From the NCBI GenBank assembly GCA_964458035.1, contig CAYWFZ010000001.1:1-58310 (forward strand): a stretch of DNA of 58,310 nucleotides. Reading direction: 5' to 3'. Under the pieces are notes generated by a model. It did no database searches and was not told the origin of the DNA. It saw nothing but the letters and a program-made list of their open reading frames with translations. The first letter of the stretch is position 1; the number at the start of each line of letters is the position of its first letter. Shown here one piece after another: positions 29,081-38,202 of this stretch. A program made the translations under genes and the position numbers. The DNA comes from an uncultured Muribaculaceae bacterium. Lineage in GTDB: Bacteria; Bacillota_I; Bacilli_A; RF39; UBA660.

Positions 29081-29110
29081 CAATAAAAAAATAAGCAGGA
29101 ATTATCTTGC

Positions 29111-29536
29111 TTATTCATTGTCTGGTATATCATTTCTATCGTAATCGAATGTATCTTCATTATCTTCAGTTCCGTAATTATCTTGCTTTTTCTCTTCAGC
29201 CTTTTTACAGGTAATATACTCCTCTACTCCATCCTCTTCATATACACATGTATATGTTGTATTATCAGAGTTTAGCGTACAATTCTTAGATACTTTACAT
29301 TTATATTCTAATTCATCTTTTCCAGGAGTAACGATTAGTACTACAATTAATATTACTATTGCTGCAATTTTTACTAAATTAATAATGATTCCAGCGTATG
29401 CAAACCCCTTCCCTTTTTCATGATTTTCTCTTATTTGGGATAAGGATAGTAAACATATAATTGTTCCGATTATGACTGAAAAGAATGATGTTATAAATCC
29501 TATTATACTCAAAGTATTTGTTTTTTTATTTTTCAT
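29111..29536 (-). CDS. DUF4190-like two-TM membrane protein with Cys-containing acidic C-terminal domain
   Basis: LSIIGFITSFFSVIIGTIICLLSL ... GFAYAGIIINLVKIAAIVILIVVLIV resembles the DUF4190 pattern. Confidence 0.55.
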   Translation of the reverse strand: MKNKKTNTLSIIGFITSFFSVIIGTIICLLSLSQIRENHEKGKGFAYAGIIINLVKIAAIVILIVVLIVTPGKDELEYKCKVSKNCTLNSDNTTYTCVYEEDGVEEYITCKKAEEKKQDNYGTEDNEDTFDYDRNDIPDNE

Positions 29537-29591
29537 ACTACTTCACTACTTTCAATAATAGAATATCATATTATTAAATAAGTATCAATAT

Positions 29592-30623
29592 CTATACTTG
29601 CTTCATAAATTTTGTGTTTAATGTATTAAGTAGCTTTTTTACACTTGCAATTGAGTCTTGTTTATATATTTCGTTGACTCTTTTTTCCATATTCATAGCG
29701 TTTTCCATTGCGGCTTTTCTTCCTGTTTCTGCTTCTTCAATTGATGCTTTTTTAAGTTGATCATAAACATGTAAAACGATAACAAGTTCAGTAATCCATT
29801 CAAGATCAAAGTTAGTCGTATCCTTTATTATTTCACTTATGGCAACAATTCTTTCTCTATGAGGTATTTCTATATCTTCTTCATTGATGTCTTGTACATA
29901 CATACCTGTTTCTTTAGTAGTTCTTACTTCGTCAGCTCTTGGCAAGTAGGCTTTATCAAAACTCATATTAAAGTATTCATAACCTATTTCATTAGAGGCA
30001 AATCTGTAATCAAAGTCTGCTAGTCCAAACTTCTTTAGAAGATATGCCATTATTTGCAATTTATCTTCTGCATCTTTATCACTCATGTTAGCATCACTTT
30101 GGTAGAATAGCTTATAGCATGCTGTAAGTCTTGCTTCTTCTGTTAAGTCACTTTTCATTGATTTTAATTTCTTTATTTCGCCTTTTATTAATCTTTGGTA
30201 GAAATTAAACACAGATATTTCCTCTTCTTTGCCATCTACTGTTTTTATTTTTGATATAACTTCATCAATATTAGGTCCAGTTAATCTTATATCAAAGTAT
30301 GATTTATCTTTATATTTTGTTTCAACACCACAATCCACATCAATGTTTTCTTTTTTAGTAAATAGTTTTAATTCATTGTTTTCCAATACTACTTCATATG
30401 TTAGATAATCTGATTTGAATTTTATATTTAAAAATGTGTCCTTATGGTTGTGTAGAATTATTCTAATGCAGTTAATTAAATATATTGGTTCGAAGTTTTC
30501 CAAACTATTCATATTTTTATCTAGAATAGCTAGAGTCTCTTCAGGAATGCTTTTTCCCTCGTAGTCATAAGTTAAAGATATTTTTCTTGTCTCATTAGTG
30601 TATTCTTTTTTTAATGTATTCAT
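29592..30623 (-). CDS. hypothetical protein; C-terminal half weakly YwgA/DUF4065 (Panacea)-like
   Basis: 343 aa. DKLQIMAYLLKKFGLADFDYRFASNEIGYEYF resembles KLQKL.Y...k.g....f..y.yGPy. This is a weak similarity by eye. Confidence 0.3.
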   Translation of the reverse strand: MNTLKKEYTNETRKISLTYDYEGKSIPEETLAILDKNMNSLENFEPIYLINCIRIILHNHKDTFLNIKFKSDYLTYEVVLENNELKLFTKKENIDVDCGVETKYKDKSYFDIRLTGPNIDEVISKIKTVDGKEEEISVFNFYQRLIKGEIKKLKSMKSDLTEEARLTACYKLFYQSDANMSDKDAEDKLQIMAYLLKKFGLADFDYRFASNEIGYEYFNMSFDKAYLPRADEVRTTKETGMYVQDINEEDIEIPHRERIVAISEIIKDTTNFDLEWITELVIVLHVYDQLKKASIEEAETGRKAAMENAMNMEKRVNEIYKQDSIASVKKLLNTLNTKFMKQV

Positions 30624-30680
30624 AATATAATTCTCCTTTGCTATCTATCTTATAACAAATATAAATTTTCTTCAAGGTTA

Positions 30681-31409
30681 TTATGCGATTAGAGCAATTA
30701 TACTAATTATAGTACCTATAAATATGCCAAGAATCATATACTTTTTATTGTTTAATACTTCCTTGTATATATTATTTATACTTAGGGTAATCATTAAACC
30801 GGCTACGAAGAGAAGCACGATACTTATTGTTAAATTATTTATGTAGTCTTTTAAAAATATATAGGCGATTACTGCACCTAGAGGTTCTGATAAGGATGCA
30901 ATTAACGTAGTAATTAGTACTTTTTTCTTAGATTTAGTAGCTTGATAGAGAGGCATACTTATACATATTCCTTCAGGTATGTTATGTAACATTATTCCGA
31001 TACTCATACTTATTCCAAGTCTTATATTAACCATGGATGAAAGAAAAGTTGCAATTCCTTCAGGGAAATTATGAAGTGCCAAACTGATGAAGGATAAAAC
31101 TCCAATTTTTTTTAAACTACTCTCTTCTTTGTATCCTTTGTCAAGTAATTTTATTACCAATACTCCAATTAAAAATGGAATAAGTATTAAGAGTATACTT
31201 TTAAATGGCTTGTTACAACTAATAATATACATTACACTTTCTGGTATTAAATCAAGTATTGAAAACAACAACATAATAGTTGCTGAAATAGATAAAAATA
31301 AGGGGATAAATTCACGTTTATTTAGCTTTGGTATAAATATGAATACTGAACCTAAAAGTGTCCCTAAACCGGCTAAAATTGATAATAAATATGATATTTG
31401 TATGTTCAT
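30681..31409 (-). CDS. zupT: ZIP-family zinc transporter ZupT
   Basis: HNFPEGIATF and HNIPEGICIS metal-binding motifs, ~8 TM, 242 aa. Confidence 0.88.
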   Translation of the reverse strand: MNIQISYLLSILAGLGTLLGSVFIFIPKLNKREFIPLFLSISATIMLLFSILDLIPESVMYIISCNKPFKSILLILIPFLIGVLVIKLLDKGYKEESSLKKIGVLSFISLALHNFPEGIATFLSSMVNIRLGISMSIGIMLHNIPEGICISMPLYQATKSKKKVLITTLIASLSEPLGAVIAYIFLKDYINNLTISIVLLFVAGLMITLSINNIYKEVLNNKKYMILGIFIGTIISIIALIA

Positions 31410-31440
31410 ATTAGTTATATATGAAAAAAAGAAGATAAAA

Positions 31441-33027
31441 TTACTGTTTATCTTCTTCTTTGTTTATTATATCTCGATTAAGTATTTCTTTTGCTTTATC
31501 AGAGTTTATACTTATCTTTTTCTTATCTCTAACTTTTAAGACAATGAGTGTCACTATTCCAATTATTAGAAGTGGAAATAGTATATAATTATAGTTTATT
31601 TTGAATTTTTTCTTTTCTTCTTTTACTTCTTTCTCGTCTTCTTTTTGTGTGGTTGTTACAGTTTGATATTGACCTTCAGGAGTAGTAATTATTTCTCCTG
31701 TCTCACTCACCTCTACTGGAACAGTTATAGTATTACCTTCCCTATCTTGTGTTGTGATCATTGATGTTTTGTTTGTCTTTACTTGGGTTTCTGTGCTGTT
31801 TTTTGTTGTTTTCTTTCCTCCAGGGATTGAGTATGAATATACTTTATTTGTGGTTGTTGCTTCAATTCTTTTAGTAGTAGTTGTTTTAATTCCTTTACTA
31901 GCATTTAGGTGAGCGTTTATACTGTTATAATCGATATTTGTGCTTGTGTTACCGTTATAATTTTCTTGAGATATGTTCAATCTAGAATCATATAATTCTC
32001 CACTTCCAACACTACCTAAAAATACTCTTCCAGTTAAATCCATTTTATAATATTTATTATTAAATTTAACTATATTATATGTGTGAACTGATGAGAAAGC
32101 ATGGGTTGCTTCATTTGCTTCGGTAACTTGATCAACTACGTAAGACTCTATTCCCATTTTATCCATCAAATATGAAAATGCAATGGAATAACCTATGCAT
32201 GTGGTCTTTCTATTTATTAAAGCGTCGTATGCTGATGTATTTGATGCAAGTAGGTCGTTTATGAAACCATTATCTGTTAGGTATGTACTAGTGTTTACTA
32301 TATATGTATAAGTATTTAGTATCTTATCGTATTCACTTCCATTGCCATATAGATATGGTAAAAGTTTATTTGCAAAGTCCTCTAGAATAACTTGTTCATT
32401 TCCAGAAATGCGTATACCAGTCGTTGATATAACTAATTCACCATTATTAATAGCATCATTTATAGAAAGCCCAAATCTATTTGGTTCCCATCTTCCTTTT
32501 CTATCGTATGAGTAATAATTCTCTTTAAAATTAGTTACACCATAATGTGTTATATAGTAATTATTAACTTGGTTAAAATCGATTGATTCATGTTTAGAGA
32601 ATATTATATGAAATTCACCTATTTTTAAATTGTGATATATATCATCAAAAGCATGAATAAATTCTTCTGTTGTGTGTACTCGATAAGCATTTGTTCCGTA
32701 TAAGGAAGCTAAATTATCTGCTTTTTCGGCTTCACTACCGCGGATGAATGTTTGATAGTTTATTTCTCTTCCTTTTTCAAAATAACGAAGTGTCCCATCG
32801 TCATACATTTCTTCATAGATCGGAACACCAAAGTAGATATGCGCATCTTCAAAACTTATTTGACTATCTGTTTCTGTATCTGTATATATAATTACTTTGT
32901 TTCCATTACTACTTGATACTTGTTTTAAAATACCGTATGAATAACTTTTATTATTGTATAATATAAGTGTAGTTAGAAATAATGCTCCTGTTATAAAAAA
33001 TACATAAAAAATATTTTTAAAATTCAT
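31441..33027 (-). CDS. surface-anchored transglutaminase-like domain protein with Thr-rich stalk and C-terminal TM
   Basis: Core NRKTTCIGYSIAFSYLMDKMGIESYVV ... THAFSSVH ... YKMDLTG (Cys-His-Asp). ATG 33027 follows AGGAGAG. N-terminal and C-terminal TM segments. Confidence 0.65.
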   Translation of the reverse strand: MNFKNIFYVFFITGALFLTTLILYNNKSYSYGILKQVSSSNGNKVIIYTDTETDSQISFEDAHIYFGVPIYEEMYDDGTLRYFEKGREINYQTFIRGSEAEKADNLASLYGTNAYRVHTTEEFIHAFDDIYHNLKIGEFHIIFSKHESIDFNQVNNYYITHYGVTNFKENYYSYDRKGRWEPNRFGLSINDAINNGELVISTTGIRISGNEQVILEDFANKLLPYLYGNGSEYDKILNTYTYIVNTSTYLTDNGFINDLLASNTSAYDALINRKTTCIGYSIAFSYLMDKMGIESYVVDQVTEANEATHAFSSVHTYNIVKFNNKYYKMDLTGRVFLGSVGSGELYDSRLNISQENYNGNTSTNIDYNSINAHLNASKGIKTTTTKRIEATTTNKVYSYSIPGGKKTTKNSTETQVKTNKTSMITTQDREGNTITVPVEVSETGEIITTPEGQYQTVTTTQKEDEKEVKEEKKKFKINYNYILFPLLIIGIVTLIVLKVRDKKKISINSDKAKEILNRDIINKEEDKQ

Positions 33028-33116
33028 ATTATACTCTCCTACTATTAAAATAATTTTAACATACATATTATATTAATTCAATAATTGGACATAATAATAT
33101 CAGGAGGTAAAAAAAT

Positions 33117-33215
33117 ATGAAAAGTAAAAGATCAAACAAGACTAATAAAGCACAAAATAATAAAGCTAAAAAGTCTACAACTTGTAACAATTCATTAGCT
33201 TCTAATAATGAATAA
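33117..33215 (+). CDS. unannotated 32-aa basic peptide (MKSKRSNKTNKAQNNKAKKSTTCNNSLASNNE)
   Basis: Strong Shine-Dalgarno sequence CAGGAGGT 8 nt upstream of ATG 33117. Followed by the terminator hairpin at 33221-33243. Below the ORF-track size cutoff. Confidence 0.45.
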   Translation: MKSKRSNKTNKAQNNKAKKSTTCNNSLASNNE

Positions 33216-33220
33216 TTTAA

Positions 33221-33243
33221 AAGAGGATGATTCATATCCTCTT
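33221..33243. terminator. bidirectional terminator between the small ORF (+) and xerD (-)
   Basis: AAGAGGAT-GATTCAT-ATCCTCTT with T-run on + and A-run upstream. Confidence 0.75.
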
Positions 33244-33244
33244 T

Positions 33245-34126
33245 TTATTTTCTAGGAAAATACGTCATATACTCTTTGTGAAGTGTTTCGTTTGTTATAT
33301 GTGTATATATTTGAGTTGTTTGGATATCAGAATGCCCTAGTAGCTCTTGAATAACCCTTAAATCTGCTCCATTTTCAAGTAAGTGTGTTGCAAATGTATG
33401 TCTTAGAGTATGTGGCGAGATATTTTTTGTTATACCTTTTTTTAGGCATTCTTGTTTTAGCATTTTAAATACACCTTGACGCGTAAGCATTTTACCATGA
33501 TTATTTAAAAATAGATAGTTTGTCTCGTTCCCTTTTACAAGATTTGGTCGATAATTTGTTAGATAATCGTTTAAGGCATTTAAAGCATAGTCATTAATTG
33601 GAACAATTCTTTCTTTTGAACCTTTTCCCATTACTCTTACAATACAATCTTCTGTATCAATATTTTTAAATTCTAATGTAACTGTTTCACTTATTCTAAG
33701 ACCAGTTGCATACATTAGCTCAAGAATGGCTTTATTTCTCGCATCAAATGGAGTTTCAATTTCTATATCGAGAAGTTTTTCTACTTCGTCTATAGTTAAA
33801 TATGTTGGTAAATGTACTCCTAATTTTGGCTGTTTTATTGAATCACAGGGATTACATTTTATTTTATCCATTTTCATAAAGTAATTATAAAAAGTTCTTA
33901 AGGCAGAAATATTTCTACTTACTGATGATGCAGCAAGTTCATTTAAGTCTCTTATATATTTTTCTATCTCTTTAACACCTAATTTTAGCAAATCTTTTTC
34001 TTTGTAATACGAAGCAAGTTTATCTAAGTCTTTTTCATAGGATTTTATCGTGTTATCTGAGTAGTTTAAATCGAGTTCTAAATATAATAAGAAGTCTGAT
34101 ATGTAATCTTGATTCATTTTATTCAC
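33245..34126 (-). CDS. xerD: tyrosine recombinase XerD/XerC type
   Basis: 293 aa. ATGLRISE (Arg I), HTLRHTFATHLL (HxxR), LLGHSDIQTTQIYTH (catalytic Tyr). SAM-like N-terminal domain. 4.5 kb from dif. Confidence 0.85.
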   Translation of the reverse strand: MNKMNQDYISDFLLYLELDLNYSDNTIKSYEKDLDKLASYYKEKDLLKLGVKEIEKYIRDLNELAASSVSRNISALRTFYNYFMKMDKIKCNPCDSIKQPKLGVHLPTYLTIDEVEKLLDIEIETPFDARNKAILELMYATGLRISETVTLEFKNIDTEDCIVRVMGKGSKERIVPINDYALNALNDYLTNYRPNLVKGNETNYLFLNNHGKMLTRQGVFKMLKQECLKKGITKNISPHTLRHTFATHLLENGADLRVIQELLGHSDIQTTQIYTHITNETLHKEYMTYFPRK

Positions 34127-34203
34127 CTACTATGATTATATCAATTATTTGACATGAGCACAAACGTTTGGTATTATATTAGACATCGTAAAGGGGATAC
34201 TAT

Positions 34204-34980
34204 ATGGAAAAAAGCAGATACGGTTTTTATACATTTTTTAATGAGGTTGTTTTTGGGTGGAAATGTATGAGTTGCCGCGAAGGTGAACTATATTCAAAAG
34301 ATGGTAAGATATGGAAAGTGTTTAGTTCTTGTTTTACGCCTGACTTGAAATGTGAAGAAAATATTGAAAAGATTTCTAAACTTGATTCTAAGTACATAGT
34401 GGTACCTACTCGTAAACTTTATTTAGATGATGAATATTATGGCTATCAGATGTATGATGCTGGCCTTTCTTTAGACAAGTATATATTAAAGAACAATCCC
34501 GATTTAGATATTATTATAAATATACTCTTATCTGTTAAAGAGGCAATTCTTTATTTGGTAGATATTGGCGTTATCCATGGAGATATAAGTCTTTCTAATA
34601 TTTTTGTTGATGAAAGCGATGACTTTCATATACGTTTGGGAGACGTTACAAGTATGATTTTCCCGGGTGATCAAAAGTATCATATAAAGTTTTTACATGA
34701 ATATTGGTATAAATATTATGGAGATATAAAAGTTATTGATAAGCTTGCCTATGATCTTCTAACATATTTATTAATCAATTATTATGGGGATTCACTTAAC
34801 ACTGTTGTTTCAAAATCTAATTATAATTTTCCTGATGTTATAAAACTTCTTGATCCTGAATTTGCAAGAAGAGGTGCTTTTAAGTCGACAATTAGCGCAT
34901 CACTTATAGATGATATTACTTGTAATAATAAAGATAAAACTTTAAAATATCCAAATACATATTTAATAGACTGCTTATAG
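34204..34980 (+). CDS. minimal protein-kinase-like fold protein
   Basis: VIHGDISLSNIFV (HxDxxxxN catalytic loop), RLGDV (DFG-like), IWKVF (beta-3 Lys context). No Gly-rich loop recognisable. Confidence 0.5.
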   Translation: MEKSRYGFYTFFNEVVFGWKCMSCREGELYSKDGKIWKVFSSCFTPDLKCEENIEKISKLDSKYIVVPTRKLYLDDEYYGYQMYDAGLSLDKYILKNNPDLDIIINILLSVKEAILYLVDIGVIHGDISLSNIFVDESDDFHIRLGDVTSMIFPGDQKYHIKFLHEYWYKYYGDIKVIDKLAYDLLTYLLINYYGDSLNTVVSKSNYNFPDVIKLLDPEFARRGAFKSTISASLIDDITCNNKDKTLKYPNTYLIDCL

Positions 34981-35028
34981 TAGTCTATTTTTCTTGAATT
35001 TATGTTATAATTAAATTTAGGTGATTAT

Positions 35029-36225
35029 ATGGAATTACTTGCTGATAAACTAAGACCTGAAAGCATAAAAGATATTGTTGGACAGAAACACTTAGTTGGC
35101 GAAGGAAAGGTGCTTTATAACCTTGTAAAAAATAAAAAACTTTTTAGTATGATTTTATTCGGAAATCCTGGAATTGGTAAAACTAGTATAGCTTGTGCTT
35201 TAGTTAATGAAATTGGATGTAAATTTAGAATGTTAAATGCTGTTATTAATAATAAGAGTGATTTTGATGTTGTGATTGAAGAAGCAAAGATGTATGGAGA
35301 TATGGTTTTAATAGTAGATGAAATACATCGTATGAATAAAGATAAACAAGATATATTACTTCCCTATATCGAAAATGGAACAATTATTCTAATTGGTCTT
35401 ACGACATCTAACCCATATTATAAAATTAATCCAGCTATTAGAAGCAGATGCCAGATATTTGAATTATATAATTTAAGTGTAGATGATATTAAGGAAGGTT
35501 TAAATAAAGCCTTAAAAGCTTTACCCAAATGTAAACTTGATGATGATGCGTGTAGTTTAATTGCAACACTTTCTTCAGGTGATTTTAGAAGCGCTCTTAA
35601 TTTACTTGAAATGTCTTACTACTCTGCTTCTAAATTCCATGTTACAAGTGAAATTGTTAAAACGATTAATTCTAAGCCCGTTCTTGTTGGGGATGCAAAT
35701 GAATCTGGTCATTATGACTTAATAAGCGCATTTCAAAAAAGCATTCGTGGAAGTGATGTTGATGCTGCTTTATATTATCTTGGGCGTTTAATTGTTATAG
35801 GAGACTTGGATATAATATATCGTAGAATGAATGTTATTGCTTATGAAGATATAGGTCTTGCTAATCCAGGTATGGGACCTAAGGTACGTGCTGCGATTGA
35901 AGCCAGTGAAATGCTGGGATTACCCGAGGCAAGAATACCACTTTCTGTAATTGTTACGGAGCTAGCTTTATCGCCTAAGTCTAATTCAGCTCACATTGCG
36001 CTAGATAAGGCATTAGCTGATATTGAAGCTGGTTCTACAGGAGATGTCCCGCCTTGGATTAAGACTACTTCTCCACTCTATAAATATCCACATGATTATA
36101 AAAATCATTGGGTTAGACAACAATATTTGCCAGATAATATAAAAAACAAAAAGTATTATGAGCCTTGTAATAATAAGTATGAAGCTAATTTAAATAAGAT
36201 TAATAAGGAGATGAAAGAAGAATGA
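35029..36225 (+). CDS. rarA: replication-associated recombination protein A (RarA/MgsA AAA+ ATPase)
   Basis: LRPESIKDIVGQKHL, Walker A GNPGIGKTS, Walker B LIVDEIHRMNK, MgsA C-terminal motifs HYDLISAFQKSIRGSD and EDIGLANP. Confidence 0.93.
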   Translation: MELLADKLRPESIKDIVGQKHLVGEGKVLYNLVKNKKLFSMILFGNPGIGKTSIACALVNEIGCKFRMLNAVINNKSDFDVVIEEAKMYGDMVLIVDEIHRMNKDKQDILLPYIENGTIILIGLTTSNPYYKINPAIRSRCQIFELYNLSVDDIKEGLNKALKALPKCKLDDDACSLIATLSSGDFRSALNLLEMSYYSASKFHVTSEIVKTINSKPVLVGDANESGHYDLISAFQKSIRGSDVDAALYYLGRLIVIGDLDIIYRRMNVIAYEDIGLANPGMGPKVRAAIEASEMLGLPEARIPLSVIVTELALSPKSNSAHIALDKALADIEAGSTGDVPPWIKTTSPLYKYPHDYKNHWVRQQYLPDNIKNKKYYEPCNNKYEANLNKINKEMKEE

Positions 36226-37199
36226 ATATAGCTATAATAGGTACTGGTGTTTATGCTTTAGCTATGACAAGAGCCCTTTCTTTAAATAAGAAAAACAAAA
36301 TAAAAATGTGGAGCGAATCAATTGATTCATTAAATAGATTGGAAAGTACAAGAAACAGTTTACCAGAATTAGGCAATCTTGGTATAAGTGATGATATAAT
36401 TATAACTACTTCTTATGAGGAAGTAGTAAAAGAGGCTGATATTGTATTTATTATGTGTGCTGCAAGATTTGTAACTGATGTATCTAAAAATATTATGCCA
36501 TATATAAATAAGAAAATGCATTTTGTAATTGGTTCAAAAGGTATTGAACAAGAATCATGCCGCTTTGTTCATGAAGTATTTTTGAATTTTATAGATACTA
36601 AGAAACTTGCTGTTATATCTGGTCCATCATTTGCAATTGATATTGCTAATCTTGAACCTATTGGTCTTTCATGTGCGTCTAAATCTAGTTCTACTTTTGC
36701 AGCATTAGATAAGATATATAAAGGTACTAATATCAAATTACGTGAAACAAGTGACTTAATTGGTATTGAACTATGTGGTTCAATAAAAAATGTTATTGCT
36801 GTTGCAGCTGGTATGCTTGAGGGTCTTGGATATTCTGAATCAACGAGAAGCTTTTTAATTACGGAGTCTTTACATGATATAAAAGAACTTATAAGTGGTT
36901 TAGGTGGTAATAAAAAAACAATTCTTTCTTTTGCTGGAGTTGGTGATTTATTATTAACTGCTACCAGTACTAAATCAAGAAACTACACTTATGGTGTTCT
37001 TTTGGGCAAAGGAGCTAAAGATGATGCTAAGAAGTATTTAGAAAACACTACTGTTGAAGGATACTATACATTAAAAAGTATTTATACCCTTCTTAGAAGG
37101 AGAAAGATAAAGATGCCAGTAATTGATTTAATATATAACATTGTAATGAATGGAGAAGATGCAAGTCTTTTGGCGTCATTCTTAATAGAGAAAAAATAA
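36222..37199 (+). CDS. gpsA: NAD(P)H-dependent glycerol-3-phosphate dehydrogenase
   Basis: N-terminal Rossmann IAIIGTGVYALAM, SKGIE, GPSFA, GSIKNVIAVAAG, GDLLLT motifs. Confidence 0.88.
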   Translation: MNIAIIGTGVYALAMTRALSLNKKNKIKMWSESIDSLNRLESTRNSLPELGNLGISDDIIITTSYEEVVKEADIVFIMCAARFVTDVSKNIMPYINKKMHFVIGSKGIEQESCRFVHEVFLNFIDTKKLAVISGPSFAIDIANLEPIGLSCASKSSSTFAALDKIYKGTNIKLRETSDLIGIELCGSIKNVIAVAAGMLEGLGYSESTRSFLITESLHDIKELISGLGGNKKTILSFAGVGDLLLTATSTKSRNYTYGVLLGKGAKDDAKKYLENTTVEGYYTLKSIYTLLRRRKIKMPVIDLIYNIVMNGEDASLLASFLIEKK

Positions 37200-37216
37200 A
37201 GTACATTATGTACTTT
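37198..37216. terminator. bidirectional hairpin between gpsA (+) and rsgA (-)
   Basis: AAAGTACA-TTA-TGTACTTT overlapping both stop codons. Confidence 0.65.
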
Positions 37217-38060
37217 ATTTTTTTATTTCGTTAATTAATTTTAAATAACTTTCATAGCGGCTTTTAAGTATCTCACCCTTGTCTACTGCTTGTTTTACCA
37301 TACAATACTCTTTATTTTCATTAATATGCGAACAGTTAGTAAACTTACAATTTCTTCCATAGCTTTCTATTTCGCTGAAATATTCAATTACATCCTTTTT
37401 TGCTATGTTTTTTAGACTAATTGATCTAATCCCTGGTGTGTCGATAATCATAGTTGATTCATCAATGAAGTTATTCTCTGATGTAGTTGTCGTGTGTCTT
37501 CCTCTTTTTGTTTTATCCCCTACTTTACCTGTTCTGTTGTCTTGATTACAAAGACGATTAGTAAGTGTTGTTTTACCTACTCCACTTTGACCCAATAGGA
37601 TTATTTGTTTATTCATGACATCTTTTTTTAATTCTTCAATACCTGTATTACTAATTGCCGAAGTTTTATAGATTCTTATTCCTGTATTTTCATATATTTC
37701 TAGAATTTTTATTGTGCGCTCATCGATTAAATCACATTTATTTATGATAATTGATGCTGGAATTTGAAGTCTATTTAGAAGAATTAAATATCTATCTATA
37801 AACTTAGGATGTATTTCTGGTGTTTGAGGAGATACAACGATTAATGCAAGATCTATATTACAAGCAATAATATGCTTATTTGCATGCGTACATGCTTTGC
37901 TATTATCTTGTACTAATCTGTAGAGAATGTGTTCTCTTGTTTGTACTGCAGTAATATAATTGTTATCTATTTCTACTTTATCTCCTGGGAATAGAACTTC
38001 TTTAACATTATTATTAAAACATTTTATTCTGTAGGGTTTTATATCATTATTATAACTCAC
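37215..38060 (-). CDS. rsgA: ribosome small-subunit-dependent GTPase A (RsgA/YloQ); conservative GTG start, OB fold appears to continue upstream to 38171/38174
   Basis: Circularly permuted GTPase: NKCDL, then GQSGVGKTTL, DTPG. Zinc knuckle CKFTNCSHINENKEYC. See the finding on the start codon. Confidence 0.88.
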   Translation of the reverse strand: MSYNNDIKPYRIKCFNNNVKEVLFPGDKVEIDNNYITAVQTREHILYRLVQDNSKACTHANKHIIACNIDLALIVVSPQTPEIHPKFIDRYLILLNRLQIPASIIINKCDLIDERTIKILEIYENTGIRIYKTSAISNTGIEELKKDVMNKQIILLGQSGVGKTTLTNRLCNQDNRTGKVGDKTKRGRHTTTTSENNFIDESTMIIDTPGIRSISLKNIAKKDVIEYFSEIESYGRNCKFTNCSHINENKEYCMVKQAVDKGEILKSRYESYLKLINEIKK

Positions 38061-38202
38061 TTCTGCATAATCGGGATGTGTGCTTAAAACTACACCGCAA
38101 TTGTCGTTTATGTTTTTAAAAATTAATTTATCGTTTTTATGTTGTTTTGCTTGTTTTCTTGTGTATTTTATGATTGATCACCTTTCTTTAAATATAAAAA
38201 AA

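Noticed and set aside
28262-29110. CRISPR array or decayed mobile element in the large AT-rich gap
   Set aside because: There are no regularly spaced direct repeats and no cas or transposase genes. The repeats are short hairpins, and the gap is explained by the terminus and dif location.
33245-34126. Tyrosine recombinase as a phage or ICE integrase marking a mobile element
   Set aside because: Its size (293 aa), SAM-like N-terminal domain and catalytic motifs fit chromosomal XerD/XerC. There is no adjacent tRNA, no att-like repeats and no phage genes, and it sits near dif.
38178-38180. Alternative genetic code (TGA read as Trp, Mollicutes-like) to extend rsgA upstream
   Set aside because: Reading through TGA gives no start codon or conserved sequence upstream. 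TGA is used as a genuine stop elsewhere (the yqzL-like ORF), and AAAGGTGA at this spot looks like the Shine-Dalgarno sequence.
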